Virus record (IMG/VR): IMGVR_UViG_3300009418_000017
DNA length: 64,000 nucleotides
From: an uncultured virus (IMG/VR IMGVR_UViG_3300009418_000017)
Taxonomy: Duplodnaviria > Heunggongvirae > Uroviricota > Caudoviricetes
Strand: one strand, 5' to 3'
Shown here: one piece after another, positions 36,762 through 46,182 of the stretch
Layout of the letters: each line of letters begins with the position of its first letter
How positions within the stretch are numbered: the stretch's first letter is position 1
Translations under genes and position numbers: made by a program
The notes under the pieces: model-generated
What the model was told of the DNA's origin: nothing
What the model saw: only the letters and a program-made list of their open reading frames with translations
Databases searched by the model: none

Positions 36762-37310
36762 CTACGCAAAGTAGGTCGATTTGCCGCATTTAAGGTTCAG
36801 CTCCAATATATTGAAGGCTGTTACAGGGTCAAACTCGGTATAGTTTTGCGTTAATTGACTCACTCTATTTATGCTTTCGTCAATGGCGTCATCAGGTATT
36901 AGCATAACCATTTCGTTTGCCCTTATTTTGTCGATGACAGCCGAGCCGTTACCCATGTATGGCAAAATCTCTCGATCAGGGTCCAACCGGCTTTCGCTCA
37001 CAGGCAGTCCCTTCATAACCTCTGCATCAACATCAAATATCACCAGGCGGATGCCGGCCACGTAAAAGTTGCACAGCATATCCCTAACCGGCTGAGACAA
37101 GCGAATGTCGTTTGGCGCCTTGTCTTCGGAAATCTTCACCATAGTTTGAAATTCATCATTCTGTATCACAGCAATGCTTTCAGACGATCCTCTCTTGAAG
37201 TCCAAATCCGTCAGGTAATCAATGTCAAAGGCTGATAGGTGCAACATCGACAAGGTTACGCATACGTTCGTTTCAAGTTGACGCTTGTAGGCTGCTTTTG
37301 TATCAATCAT
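36762..37310 (-). CDS. Hypothetical protein
   Basis: LSMLHLS...GIRLVIFDVDAEVMKGLPV. Confidence 0.6.
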   Translation of the reverse strand: MIDTKAAYKRQLETNVCVTLSMLHLSAFDIDYLTDLDFKRGSSESIAVIQNDEFQTMVKISEDKAPNDIRLSQPVRDMLCNFYVAGIRLVIFDVDAEVMKGLPVSESRLDPDREILPYMGNGSAVIDKIRANEMVMLIPDDAIDESINRVSQLTQNYTEFDPVTAFNILELNLKCGKSTYFA

Positions 37311-37677
37311 TGCTCTTCTCCCCTTGCTGCTCTTTTAAAGAATTTTCGATTGTTTTGGCCATGAAGTTCCAGGTGAACATCATCATATTCGTCGCCTGAG
37401 CTCGATGCTCTTCCGGAATGTTGGTTATTCTAGCCTCAAGCTCTTTAGTGCTTTCAGGTGTCGCCCACATATCAACGGTCTTGAATGGCGACTCCACCGG
37501 CTTCATGTCGTTTATTTCTCTCTGAAGCTCGCCAACCGCTGTCTGCAAATCATCAATTTTGCCGAAGTAATGGTCTTTCTCTTCCTCATCCATGCAGTCC
37601 AAATCAACGTAAATGTCCTCGTTTGACATAACCCGAACATCGTCAATCAGGCGCTTCAATTTCTCTAACTTGCTCAT
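37303..37677 (-). CDS. Hypothetical protein
   Basis: Cassette upstream. Confidence 0.7.
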   Translation of the reverse strand: MSKLEKLKRLIDDVRVMSNEDIYVDLDCMDEEEKDHYFGKIDDLQTAVGELQREINDMKPVESPFKTVDMWATPESTKELEARITNIPEEHRAQATNMMMFTWNFMAKTIENSLKEQQGEKSND

Positions 37678-37753
37678 TGCTTAACCTTTGTTGCTTGCTG
37701 AATGTATCTACATAGTGACATACGAAAGAAGGCACGCAAGTGCGTGCCTCAAA

Positions 37754-38419
37754 TTAATTGCCAACCGGATTCCGAATGATCGGGAATCCCATAGGGTGCT
37801 CGTCGCTATTCATGTAAACCATGAACTGCTCATCGAACACTGACAATCCAGGTGGATCGTTTTTCAGGAGATAATTAAGTTCATCCCGAACATCAAGCCA
37901 ACTTTCTTTTTCTGTGTAGAAATAGGCTTCACTGTAAAACTTACCGCTTGGCTTGAAGTATTCAATCTGAACTCGGTATCTATTTCGCCAATTTTCATTT
38001 ACAAAGGTTTGAACGCAAAACTCATCAGCTACACCGTGATGCCACATTGCAATGAATTTTCTCAGAAGAAGCTCAACCCAATTCCACTTCTGACTCCTTT
38101 GCAAGCTGCTGTCAGACAGTTTCTCAAGCAATTTTGGGTGAGTGAATATATTGGGTAAACACTCTCCCATCAAGTCCTCAAAAACGGTTCCTTCTGCCGG
38201 CTCTCCCTCGCAATCGAGATAAGCTATCTCAACGGCTCTTTTAACAATCCGAGCTTTGGCATAGTTAATCGACATGAACCCCTCATCAAACTCTGACAAT
38301 TGACCGATGTTTAATGCGGTCAGGGTTGTTCGATTCCGAGCAGTATAATCGCAAGTACCTTGCGCGAAATAGACTGCCGCCTGAACTAGCTCCATTGAAT
38401 CTATCTGCTTAATGCTCAT
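37754..38419 (-). CDS. Hypothetical protein
   Basis: C-terminal IEYFKPSGKFYSE phage domain; ends in cassette-derived GN*. Confidence 0.65.
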   Translation of the reverse strand: MSIKQIDSMELVQAAVYFAQGTCDYTARNRTTLTALNIGQLSEFDEGFMSINYAKARIVKRAVEIAYLDCEGEPAEGTVFEDLMGECLPNIFTHPKLLEKLSDSSLQRSQKWNWVELLLRKFIAMWHHGVADEFCVQTFVNENWRNRYRVQIEYFKPSGKFYSEAYFYTEKESWLDVRDELNYLLKNDPPGLSVFDEQFMVYMNSDEHPMGFPIIRNPVGN

Positions 38420-38835
38420 AGTGGAATATCCTTCATGAATGGTTCGGCAATTTTCTGCGCTTCACTACGTTGCAATGGCGCACCGATGCGGTTGTCTACA
38501 CCAACGTTGTATTTTTCCGCCAACAGCTGTGAAACAGCCAATGCTTGCTCGGGCTTTTCAAAGTCAGCCAGAACATTGTGAAAGCCCAATTGCGTCTTAA
38601 CATAAACGGCATAGGTGCGCTTCTCATCCGGCTCCAAATCTTCAACCATATCGCTGAACCCAACGGCTCCGGCTTTCATCTGCTCGTAGCCTGACATTTC
38701 TCTGAGCTCTTCAATACTGTGCTCGATATCGCCACGCTCGATAAGTCGGATGGTCTCAATATCATCCATTTCAAACCAAATCTGAGCACACTGAATGCCG
38801 TGTACTTCTTTTGGTAAGACTGGTGCTAAAATCAT
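38416..38835 (-). CDS. Hypothetical protein (start revised to MILAP)
   Basis: GAGG RBS and cassette at 38840-38879. Confidence 0.65.
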   Translation of the reverse strand: MILAPVLPKEVHGIQCAQIWFEMDDIETIRLIERGDIEHSIEELREMSGYEQMKAGAVGFSDMVEDLEPDEKRTYAVYVKTQLGFHNVLADFEKPEQALAVSQLLAEKYNVGVDNRIGAPLQRSEAQKIAEPFMKDIPL

Positions 38836-39033
38836 AACAACCTCACTTGCTTGCTGAATGTATCTCAATTATGACAGAGTTGAATAGGCATAAAAGACAA
38901 GTCCAGTATTTATTTGCCTAGCGACAATCGTATAGCTTGGGTAGCATCACCGAGCGATGAAAAATCACCAAGCCCATCAACCTTAAACCGTCTTTCATGC
39001 TCGTGAATGATGATTCGCCCAAAGTACATTAGC

Positions 39034-39729
39034 CTAATCATCTTCATCCTCTATTTCGCTCTGTATGGCTTCGATGTCGTTCATCATGCCACCACTGAGC
39101 TCAAAATCATCCGGCGTTACCTTTATATGCACTGAACACCCTTTGAACGTCTCAAGACCACCAAGCAAACCTGCTTCGTCAATAATCGCCTGGTAAGCTG
39201 ATCGGGCTGAGTCGAATACGGCATAAGCGGTATTCCAGTCTCCATAAAGCTGTTCAGCCTTAACCGCCCCTGCCTCCATGTAAGCTCTCGCTATTTCAGC
39301 AAACTCTTCAGCTTCAACGGTTTCATCATTGAAAGTGGCAATGGAGTAGTCTATATCGTCATCGACTTGGCTTGGCTCGTCTGGTCGCTCAATAGCTTTA
39401 ATCTTTCTGCCGTGTGGATTTTCGGGATTGTGCCCTGACGCTTCAAAAAGCGATTGAAGGTCACTGGCAATGTGAGTGTAGCGACTATGAATGCCCTCAT
39501 CCAACTCACCGGATAATCCACGAATCCACAGTACGCAACCTAGCGCTTCAAGCTCATCTTCAATAGTTCCGATGTTTGGCGTACCATTGACGTGCTCAAC
39601 CAGATCGTGAGCAAACGTTAAAGCGTCATGGCTTGGATACGTTGATGACTCATAACAGGAGAGTGGAACAAGGCCAATCTCGCCCGTGTTCTGGTCACTA
39701 ACAATGAATGTTCCCTGCCTATCAATCAT
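39034..39729 (-). CDS. Acidic hypothetical protein (start revised to MIDRQ)
   Basis: AHDLVEH...DELEALG; coupled to upstream stop. Confidence 0.6.
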   Translation of the reverse strand: MIDRQGTFIVSDQNTGEIGLVPLSCYESSTYPSHDALTFAHDLVEHVNGTPNIGTIEDELEALGCVLWIRGLSGELDEGIHSRYTHIASDLQSLFEASGHNPENPHGRKIKAIERPDEPSQVDDDIDYSIATFNDETVEAEEFAEIARAYMEAGAVKAEQLYGDWNTAYAVFDSARSAYQAIIDEAGLLGGLETFKGCSVHIKVTPDDFELSGGMMNDIEAIQSEIEDEDD

Positions 39730-40168
39730 CAGCTTGCCCTCCGAACATACAAATTTCAGAAGAAATGTACTCAGCCAGGTTCTTAACTCGCCACTGAATG
39801 TCGGCAGCTTGCCATTTTTCACCTTCAGTAAAGTAAACTCCGGCAAAGTCACCTTCATCCTGGCCAAGATAATCTTGAACTCTAGCAAGTGCCGCTGTGA
39901 AAATTACTTGCTGAGGATGCTCTTCAAAGGCGTACTCCATTCTTACGATGACGTAAGTGAGGTTGAAAATGTTGTGGTTCATACCGCACTCAAGAAAGAA
40001 TGCGTCCAAAGCCTGAAACGGACACTGACAACAATAAACCTCTCTCGTATCGTCAGTTTCGTTGTCCCCAGTATTAACCGGAACCTCGAACTTCTTGTCC
40101 ACTTCATCAAATAAAATCGAGACCGTTTCACCGTCTTCACGTTTTCTTGAGATAACTTCAATACTCAT
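39722..40168 (-). CDS. Hypothetical protein (start revised to MSIEV)
   Basis: Cassette at 40176-40253. Confidence 0.65.
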   Translation of the reverse strand: MSIEVISRKREDGETVSILFDEVDKKFEVPVNTGDNETDDTREVYCCQCPFQALDAFFLECGMNHNIFNLTYVIVRMEYAFEEHPQQVIFTAALARVQDYLGQDEGDFAGVYFTEGEKWQAADIQWRVKNLAEYISSEICMFGGQADD

Positions 40169-40252
40169 TATCTTCACCTTGCTTGTTGCTGAATGTATTT
40201 CAATTTTGACATACAAAAAGAGGCACGCAAGTGCGTGCCTCAAATTAATTGC

Positions 40253-40627
40253 CTAAATAACATGATGAGTCTTTATGTCGAAGTGGCGAGACAGTTGGTA
40301 GTTCGTCTCAAAACCCATCACCTTCTTCATGTAGCTCTTTGTCGGTCTAACATAAACCCTAATGCGGTTATTTACATTCAGCTTTTGTATCAATTGCCGA
40401 ACGTTTGAGAGCTTAACACTGGTAAGAAGAACATAGTCTTCCGGCTCCAATTCTTCCCTAATTTCTTCAGCCTTAACCAAAAATACTGTGTCATAAAAAA
40501 GAACGTCAAATCTGGCATTTTCGAGAAGACTGAGGTTACTATCTTCAAAGTCTGCCGATATAAACCAGAACCCCTCTTCAGGTTCAAACTTGTCTATCGC
40601 TTCTTTTAATATATCTGCATTGCTCAT
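40253..40627 (-). CDS. Hypothetical protein (start revised to MSNAD)
   Basis: GAGG RBS. Confidence 0.55.
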   Translation of the reverse strand: MSNADILKEAIDKFEPEEGFWFISADFEDSNLSLLENARFDVLFYDTVFLVKAEEIREELEPEDYVLLTSVKLSNVRQLIQKLNVNNRIRVYVRPTKSYMKKVMGFETNYQLSRHFDIKTHHVI

Positions 40628-40634
40628 AGTCACC

Positions 40635-41312
40635 TCACGCCGCAAATCGTTTGGACAGTTCAATGGCCAACCGGCACTGCTCTTCATCAAACATGGCAAT
40701 GTGACAAGCCGCAACCGGAATTCCCATCGAGTCTGCAAGCCACGCATACGCATCAGAACGGCTTAAGCCTTCTCGCTTCCATATCCGGTCGAATGCTTCA
40801 TGGCATTGCTTTCTGAGCTTTCTCAGTGGCGCTCTGGCCACAGTTCCTAACGGCATTCTCGTCTTGTCATGAGAACCCACGTAAGCAAGACACTTCGGGC
40901 ATCGGTACATGATTTTTCGCTGCAAGTCAGGGCGACCGCTGTAAAGCATTGCACCACTGATAATTTCAGTGTCTACATTGCAGTAGTGACAATCGAGTCT
41001 CGGCACGCCTAGCAACTGATGAAGCCCCGCCTGAGCTTTTGCAATTGCACCTTCAGCATGACCTCGATAAATCATGGCACCGCCAGAGTCAGCCAGTGCA
41101 TAGTCGCCGTTGTACTTCATGTATGAAAGCGTGAGCCCAGGTCGAGGTCCCAATATCTCTCGGCCTGGTATCTCCAGGTGAGGCCCGACACCAGTGTTTT
41201 GAACAACTTCGCAAGGAACACGCTTCATGATGTCCTTCAAAGCAAACATAGCCGGATTCGCTATCTCTCCGGCTGTTGGCTGTCTAAATTGGTTCATGCT
41301 CAACCTCTCCAT
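40635..41312 (-). CDS. Zinc-finger protein (DUF3268-like C-terminus)
   Basis: CHYC...CPKCLAYVGSH...PLGTVA...CHEAFDRIW...CHIAMFDEEQC. Confidence 0.75.
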   Translation of the reverse strand: MERLSMNQFRQPTAGEIANPAMFALKDIMKRVPCEVVQNTGVGPHLEIPGREILGPRPGLTLSYMKYNGDYALADSGGAMIYRGHAEGAIAKAQAGLHQLLGVPRLDCHYCNVDTEIISGAMLYSGRPDLQRKIMYRCPKCLAYVGSHDKTRMPLGTVARAPLRKLRKQCHEAFDRIWKREGLSRSDAYAWLADSMGIPVAACHIAMFDEEQCRLAIELSKRFAA

Positions 41313-42000
41313 GCTTCACTTCAAGCTTTTCAAAAAGCTCTTTCATTAGAGAGCTCATCTTGGTGCTACCTTTAGAAGCTCTGGCACTCGAAAAAGTGTA
41401 TGAGCCGTTTCGGACTGCATTGAGGTTATTTTTAATCCATCCCAACGTTCTCAGTGGCACCTTTATTTCGTGACGCTTAAGCAAGCCTTCAAAATCATCA
41501 CCACCAATGAATGAGCCGTTGTAGTAATCAAGCTCCGCCTTGTCGAGACGCTCTTCTGCTGCCTTTTGTTCGGCAAGCTCTATCTGCTTTTTCTCTTCAG
41601 CTTCCTTCTTCTTCTTTTCGTTGGTCAGCTGCCAGAATTCTTTCTCGGCCTCTTCGTACTCACCAAGCCGGTCGAAGGCAATAGCCCAGTGTTTCGGCAC
41701 CATGAAACACTGACCTCTTTTTGCCTTTTCTAACTCATCAGAGACACGCTTGTTCATCATGGCAAAAATGTCTTCACCTTTTTCAACCAACTCTTTCAAG
41801 CGATAAAGGCTTTTTGGGTTAATGATCTGAGTGATAACACCGCTTGGCGTTTCAATCAGAACACCGTCCGACCATTCGTCGTCCGCCCACTTATCAAGCT
41901 GATATAGTTTGTATTCACCATGCTCGTTTTTAAGGGTTTCAAGCGGTGTAACCCGAGCGTTTTGAAAGCCACTGACAGCCAAAAGTATCTCTTTAATCAT
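41284..42000 (-). CDS. Hypothetical protein
   Basis: 238-aa coupled ORF. Confidence 0.65.
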   Translation of the reverse strand: MIKEILLAVSGFQNARVTPLETLKNEHGEYKLYQLDKWADDEWSDGVLIETPSGVITQIINPKSLYRLKELVEKGEDIFAMMNKRVSDELEKAKRGQCFMVPKHWAIAFDRLGEYEEAEKEFWQLTNEKKKKEAEEKKQIELAEQKAAEERLDKAELDYYNGSFIGGDDFEGLLKRHEIKVPLRTLGWIKNNLNAVRNGSYTFSSARASKGSTKMSSLMKELFEKLEVKHGEVEHEPI

Positions 42001-42674
42001 TATTTGCTCTCCTCGATGAATTCAGAAAGGTTTAATTCGTTGAAGTCTTCAGGCAGCTTCATATTCACTGCTGCATCGACCAGTGCGGTTTGAGCTTCCA
42101 GAAGAATGCTGTCGATAAATTTGAGCTTTTCTTTCATCTGCTCCTGCATAACGCTGAACAGGGATTGATGGTCGTTGCTGAAAATCCGATATTCCTCAGT
42201 AAGCATTGGCAGCGTTACGTTGAAGCCGGAATCCAATTCATCCTCTATGAATAGGTCGGTGTAAATCTGAACACACTTGCCTTTGTAGAAGTCCTTACCG
42301 AACATTTCTTTGATGACTTCTTTAAGAGCCAATGTTTCTTTCACACCGAACTTTGGTAAGTCGGCTATGTATGGAAAGTAGGATTCGCATGAGAGATCCG
42401 GCGCCAACCCGTTTATCTTTTCGATAATGTCTCGGTCACGCTCTTCAAGGATAATGAGGTTAGACTCAACGTGATTCTCAATGAGATCTCGCAAATCTCC
42501 AATGTCAGCGGCGCAATGCTCGCTCTTAAAGGCGATAAGCAGACTGTCCTCTGAAATATCACCATTCGCACAGGCGTGTATCGCACGATAAGCCTCAAGT
42601 GTGCCACCTGGATAAGTCGTCTCGATAATGAAGTGTTTCATTGCCATTTTGATAGCGGCATCTAAATTAGTCAT
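42000..42674 (-). CDS. Hypothetical protein
   Basis: Cassette upstream. Confidence 0.7.
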   Translation of the reverse strand: MTNLDAAIKMAMKHFIIETTYPGGTLEAYRAIHACANGDISEDSLLIAFKSEHCAADIGDLRDLIENHVESNLIILEERDRDIIEKINGLAPDLSCESYFPYIADLPKFGVKETLALKEVIKEMFGKDFYKGKCVQIYTDLFIEDELDSGFNVTLPMLTEEYRIFSNDHQSLFSVMQEQMKEKLKFIDSILLEAQTALVDAAVNMKLPEDFNELNLSEFIEESK

Positions 42675-42771
42675 GTTGTTACCTTGCTTGTTGCTGAATG
42701 TATTTCAATTTTGACATACAAAAAGAGGCGGTCAATGCCGCCTCTTTAAATAATTGCCAAGTTATTATTTT

Positions 42772-43311
42772 CTAACCAGGTTTTTCTTCAACCGTAATAG
42801 GTTCAACGTTTAGGTTTAATGGTTGGTCGCTAATGAACGCCTTCAAATCTTTCAAGCTTAATAGTGCATTGCTATTGGCATCGAAAAAGTAATCTTTATT
42901 GCAAACACCATTTCCGGCGTTGTAGAGCCCATTTAGGCTTGGAGCTGTTCGCACCACATCACTATGAATACCTGACTCATCAATCTTGTCAGGTGGCGTC
43001 ATGTTGTTGCAGATATTCACCGGCGGACCCTTAGAAACAAAGTACCCAATGGCGTTGCCATTATCAGCCAGTACGTAGATATAGAACAGCTTGTTAGGCT
43101 GATCCATCCGCTTCATGTATTCGGCTACCACCTGTCGAGTAACAAAGTTATTAACGTCAGGCACCGGCACTGCATGATTAGCCTTTGATGAAATTTGAGC
43201 TCTTTGTCGCTCTTGCTGTTGAGACGTCGACTCTTTGGCGTCACAACCGGCTAAGGCCAATGCCATGCCCAATCCGGCAATAGCGCTAACTACAACTTCT
43301 AATTTGCGCAA
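42772..43311 (-). CDS. Lipoprotein
   Basis: Signal peptide with lipobox LAGC; TTG start with GGAG RBS. Confidence 0.75.
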   Translation of the reverse strand: MRKLEVVVSAIAGLGMALALAGCDAKESTSQQQERQRAQISSKANHAVPVPDVNNFVTRQVVAEYMKRMDQPNKLFYIYVLADNGNAIGYFVSKGPPVNICNNMTPPDKIDESGIHSDVVRTAPSLNGLYNAGNGVCNKDYFFDANSNALLSLKDLKAFISDQPLNLNVEPITVEEKPG

Positions 43312-43727
43312 TGTGTTTCTCCTTCCACTTTAAGTTTTTCTGGTAAACGGTCGTCAAAAAAGCGACCTGATGTATAGCTCTTGCGAGCCTCGTTGTTGTA
43401 CCGCATAACGTCTCCTGCAACCTGGGACTCCAATGCGGCAATGTTCGTGTAAATTCGAGAGAGGTCTTCTTCATCAGTCGTGACTTTTGCCAGCCTTTTC
43501 TGAGCCTTGAGAGACGCCTTTTTCTCGACCACTGTTGAGCACATATCGAAAAATTGCTCATAGCGTTGAATCCGGCTTTCCGCTGACTCAATTTGAACCT
43601 CTGCATTCACACGACCCGTCACTTCTGCCGTAAAATACCGCCAAGCCAAATGAGCAGCGGCAATCAACAAGATTAACCCGACAAAAACAACAAGAATCTT
43701 TGCCAATGCACGCTTTTCACCTTTCAT
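43299..43727 (-). CDS. Single-pass membrane protein with coiled coil, partner of the lipoprotein
   Basis: N-terminal TM helix; overlaps the lipoprotein start. Confidence 0.7.
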   Translation of the reverse strand: MKGEKRALAKILVVFVGLILLIAAAHLAWRYFTAEVTGRVNAEVQIESAESRIQRYEQFFDMCSTVVEKKASLKAQKRLAKVTTDEEDLSRIYTNIAALESQVAGDVMRYNNEARKSYTSGRFFDDRLPEKLKVEGETHCAN

Positions 43728-44116
43728 TTCATACTTACCTCGCTGAATGTTAATGATTAAAAATAATCGTTGAAAAGAGCTTATACTTTGACGCTTGCCT
43801 GAGTATATGTCAACACTGAAATACTAATAAGCTCAAAAGTTAATTCCTCAAATGGCGAATATCAAAGCCAAAACGACAACGACAACAACAATCTTCAACT
43901 TCTCTTCCGCATCCATAAATCCGCCTAGTTTTTAACCAATAAAAGTATAAGAGTTAGACCCCTCGTTTGACCACATCGTAAAATGGAACATTTTACCACC
44001 CGTCTATTCCGAGAAGTCTTGATATATAAGGGTTGTAGGCAAACTGACGGCTGCTAAAATTTTGCAAACACCGCCTACGCTTGCCCACATTCTGCCCACA
44101 TTTCGCACACAAAAAA

Positions 44117-44656
44117 TCAGAGCTCGTTGACAGGCACCGCCGCCATACCACAAACAAACAAATCAGCGCCCTTTTCACCCTTTTCAAAGAGCTCAAGTGC
44201 CCTTTCTTTTGTTGTAGCCACAAACGAATTAATCTCTTCGTCAAAGCGAATGCAGTAACCCTGCGCTCGCAACTTGGGACCAACCGTTTTAGTAACCGGC
44301 AGCACCTCGTTTGGCATCTGAGCTATGATCCGCTCAAAATCTGCTGAGGTCAGCTGTAAATGACCCTTTCGAGCCCTAACCAGTTTTTCAGCCAGTGCTC
44401 CGGTGACGGATTCGCTTTCTGACTCCATTCGAGACATCATAAGCTCAAGCTCTTTGTTCAGGTTCAACGCTTTGAACACCTTGAACAGCGTCTTTAACCG
44501 AACAGCCTCAGCTCGCTCAATAGCGGCAATTGACGGCTGTGACAGCCCAGTCATCGCCGCCAATTCTTTTTGTGACAGTCCGGCGCTTTTCCGCCGCTTT
44601 TGTATAAACGTGGCCAGAGCCTCAGAAAATTCTTCAAATTCCATGTTATCAACCAA
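44117..44656 (-). CDS. XRE-family HTH regulator
   Basis: RRKSAGLSQKELAAMTGLSQPSIAAIER. Confidence 0.85.
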   Translation of the reverse strand: MVDNMEFEEFSEALATFIQKRRKSAGLSQKELAAMTGLSQPSIAAIERAEAVRLKTLFKVFKALNLNKELELMMSRMESESESVTGALAEKLVRARKGHLQLTSADFERIIAQMPNEVLPVTKTVGPKLRAQGYCIRFDEEINSFVATTKERALELFEKGEKGADLFVCGMAAVPVNEL

Positions 44657-45182
44657 TGCTAGTTAAAAATTCAGAAGACATATTTGCCTTCAGTTTACTA
44701 CCATCTAGCACCGCAATGCCAAGAGCCGGCATCAATTTTCTCATTTGAGTGGCTTGAGAATTCGCTGTACTCTGCTTCAGCCCTTTCTCCAAGTACACTT
44801 CAATAAGCTCTTTACGCTCAAATTCTTTTTTCTCTTTGAGGTGTTCAAGGGCAATCAATGTGTATCGAGACAAAGGTTTTCCGGCCTGAAGCGCTGCAAT
44901 AGCGTTTTTCGCCTTGTCCTGGACTTTCTTGGGTAGGGACTCAATGTCGTAAGAGCCGGTTGAAACAGGCGCTTTCTTTGCGCTCTTTTTCTTTTCCGTC
45001 TCAGGCTTGGATTCGGCTTTCGCCTTTTTAGCCTGGCTTTTGGCACGAGCTTCATCAGCCTTCTTTTTTGTTTCGGCTTTCTTCTCTTGAAGCTTAGCTT
45101 CGTCTTCCGGTTTAGTGGTGGGCTTCGACGCTCCAATTTCTTCCTGAAGCTTGTCGATTTCTGCTAATAGATCGTCTGACAT
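44649..45182 (-). CDS. Lys/Ala-rich protein with probable C-terminal winged helix
   Basis: STANSQATQMRKLMPALGIA; leader and operator (45212) upstream. Confidence 0.7.
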   Translation of the reverse strand: MSDDLLAEIDKLQEEIGASKPTTKPEDEAKLQEKKAETKKKADEARAKSQAKKAKAESKPETEKKKSAKKAPVSTGSYDIESLPKKVQDKAKNAIAALQAGKPLSRYTLIALEHLKEKKEFERKELIEVYLEKGLKQSTANSQATQMRKLMPALGIAVLDGSKLKANMSSEFLTSIG

Positions 45183-45282
45183 GATACACCTCTTGCTTTT
45201 GCTGAATGTTTGTATTTCGATGCTGATATACTAAACGATCCGAGTAGGCAATCAAGCGGTTTTTGATTTTGTTTTTTCCAAT

Positions 45283-45372
45283 AAAAAACCGCCTTCCCAA
45301 GCAAAAGAAAGGCGGTCTACATTCAGCAATAGCAAGCAAGGTTTTACAAGAAGTGCAAAATCACGCTTACTT
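45283..45372 (-). ncRNA. Putative multi-target antisense sRNA complementary to the shared early-gene leader/RBS
   Basis: Promoter TTGTCG(45406-45401)-N17-TGTAAT(45383-45378) with TGn; body ACCUUGCUUGCUAUUGCUGAAUGUA; terminator ACCGCCUU...AAGGCGGU-UUUUU. Confidence 0.72.
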
Positions 45373-45435
45373 TGCTCATTACAGCATAAACCCTGGGCTG
45401 CGACAAGTTTTAATGCTTAATGCTGAATATCGGCT

Positions 45436-45876
45436 CTATTCCTTCTTAGCCTTTCGCTCTTTGTAAGACCGATAAAGCTCTTTTGCCTTTTCCGTTCCGC
45501 CCTGAAGCAATGGCTTGCTAAAGTAAAAAGGAACAATCCAGACCAGAATCGAGTTAATGTTTTTATCCACGATCTCCTGCAAGTCCTTCACAAAGTCAGC
45601 GTCAAATACAGCACCACCGGCTAAGAACAATACACAGACCAACCAAGCAAAAATCACAGCCACTACAATCGCTCGCCTTGAGACGTTCTGCCCCTCAGTG
45701 TTCTTCATGTACTTACCCAGGCTGTCGATAAACTGCCGGTTCGCCTCTACCCGCTCTTGATCGCCAAAATGAAGCTTGTCCATTCCTGATGAAACAGTGT
45801 CAAAGACGCCCTTCGTTGACTCAGGTGTTCCGAACATAGTACCGAATACGTGTTTAATGCCATTCCACAAACTCAT
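45436..45876 (-). CDS. Membrane protein, holin-like
   Basis: Amphipathic N-terminus, SRRAIVV followed by hydrophobic segments. Confidence 0.5.
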   Translation of the reverse strand: MSLWNGIKHVFGTMFGTPESTKGVFDTVSSGMDKLHFGDQERVEANRQFIDSLGKYMKNTEGQNVSRRAIVVAVIFAWLVCVLFLAGGAVFDADFVKDLQEIVDKNINSILVWIVPFYFSKPLLQGGTEKAKELYRSYKERKAKKE

Positions 45877-45939
45877 AAAAAAATACCCCTGTTAATGAAT
45901 AACAGAGGCATTTTATCAACTATCTCAGTATTGAGATAC

Positions 45940-46182
45940 CTAAGTGTAACGAGAAATCTTCTGGTGCGACTTCAATACCAACTCCCAGGCGGTCATTAAA
46001 ATCAACCAAATGCCGCAAGCAATCGAGAACAAGCCGAACAGAAGCGAATATCTGGCCAATAGCTCAAAAACATAACCATACCCGCCAAACGCTTCTTCGT
46101 TCCACTGGCCAAACACGCCCAAAGGTATGCTTGCCAGTGTAAACATGACACCAAATAACGTGAGCTTTATTGCGTCTCGCAT
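45940..46182 (-). CDS. Small two-TM membrane protein
   Basis: Two hydrophobic segments. Confidence 0.55.
   Translation of the reverse strand: MRDAIKLTLFGVMFTLASIPLGVFGQWNEEAFGGYGYVFELLARYSLLFGLFSIACGIWLILMTAWELVLKSHQKISRYT

Noticed and set aside
28581..42760. Integron attC cassette array
   Set aside because: No GTTRRRY/RYYYAAC core pairs or integrase seen; the repeats are promoter/operator units
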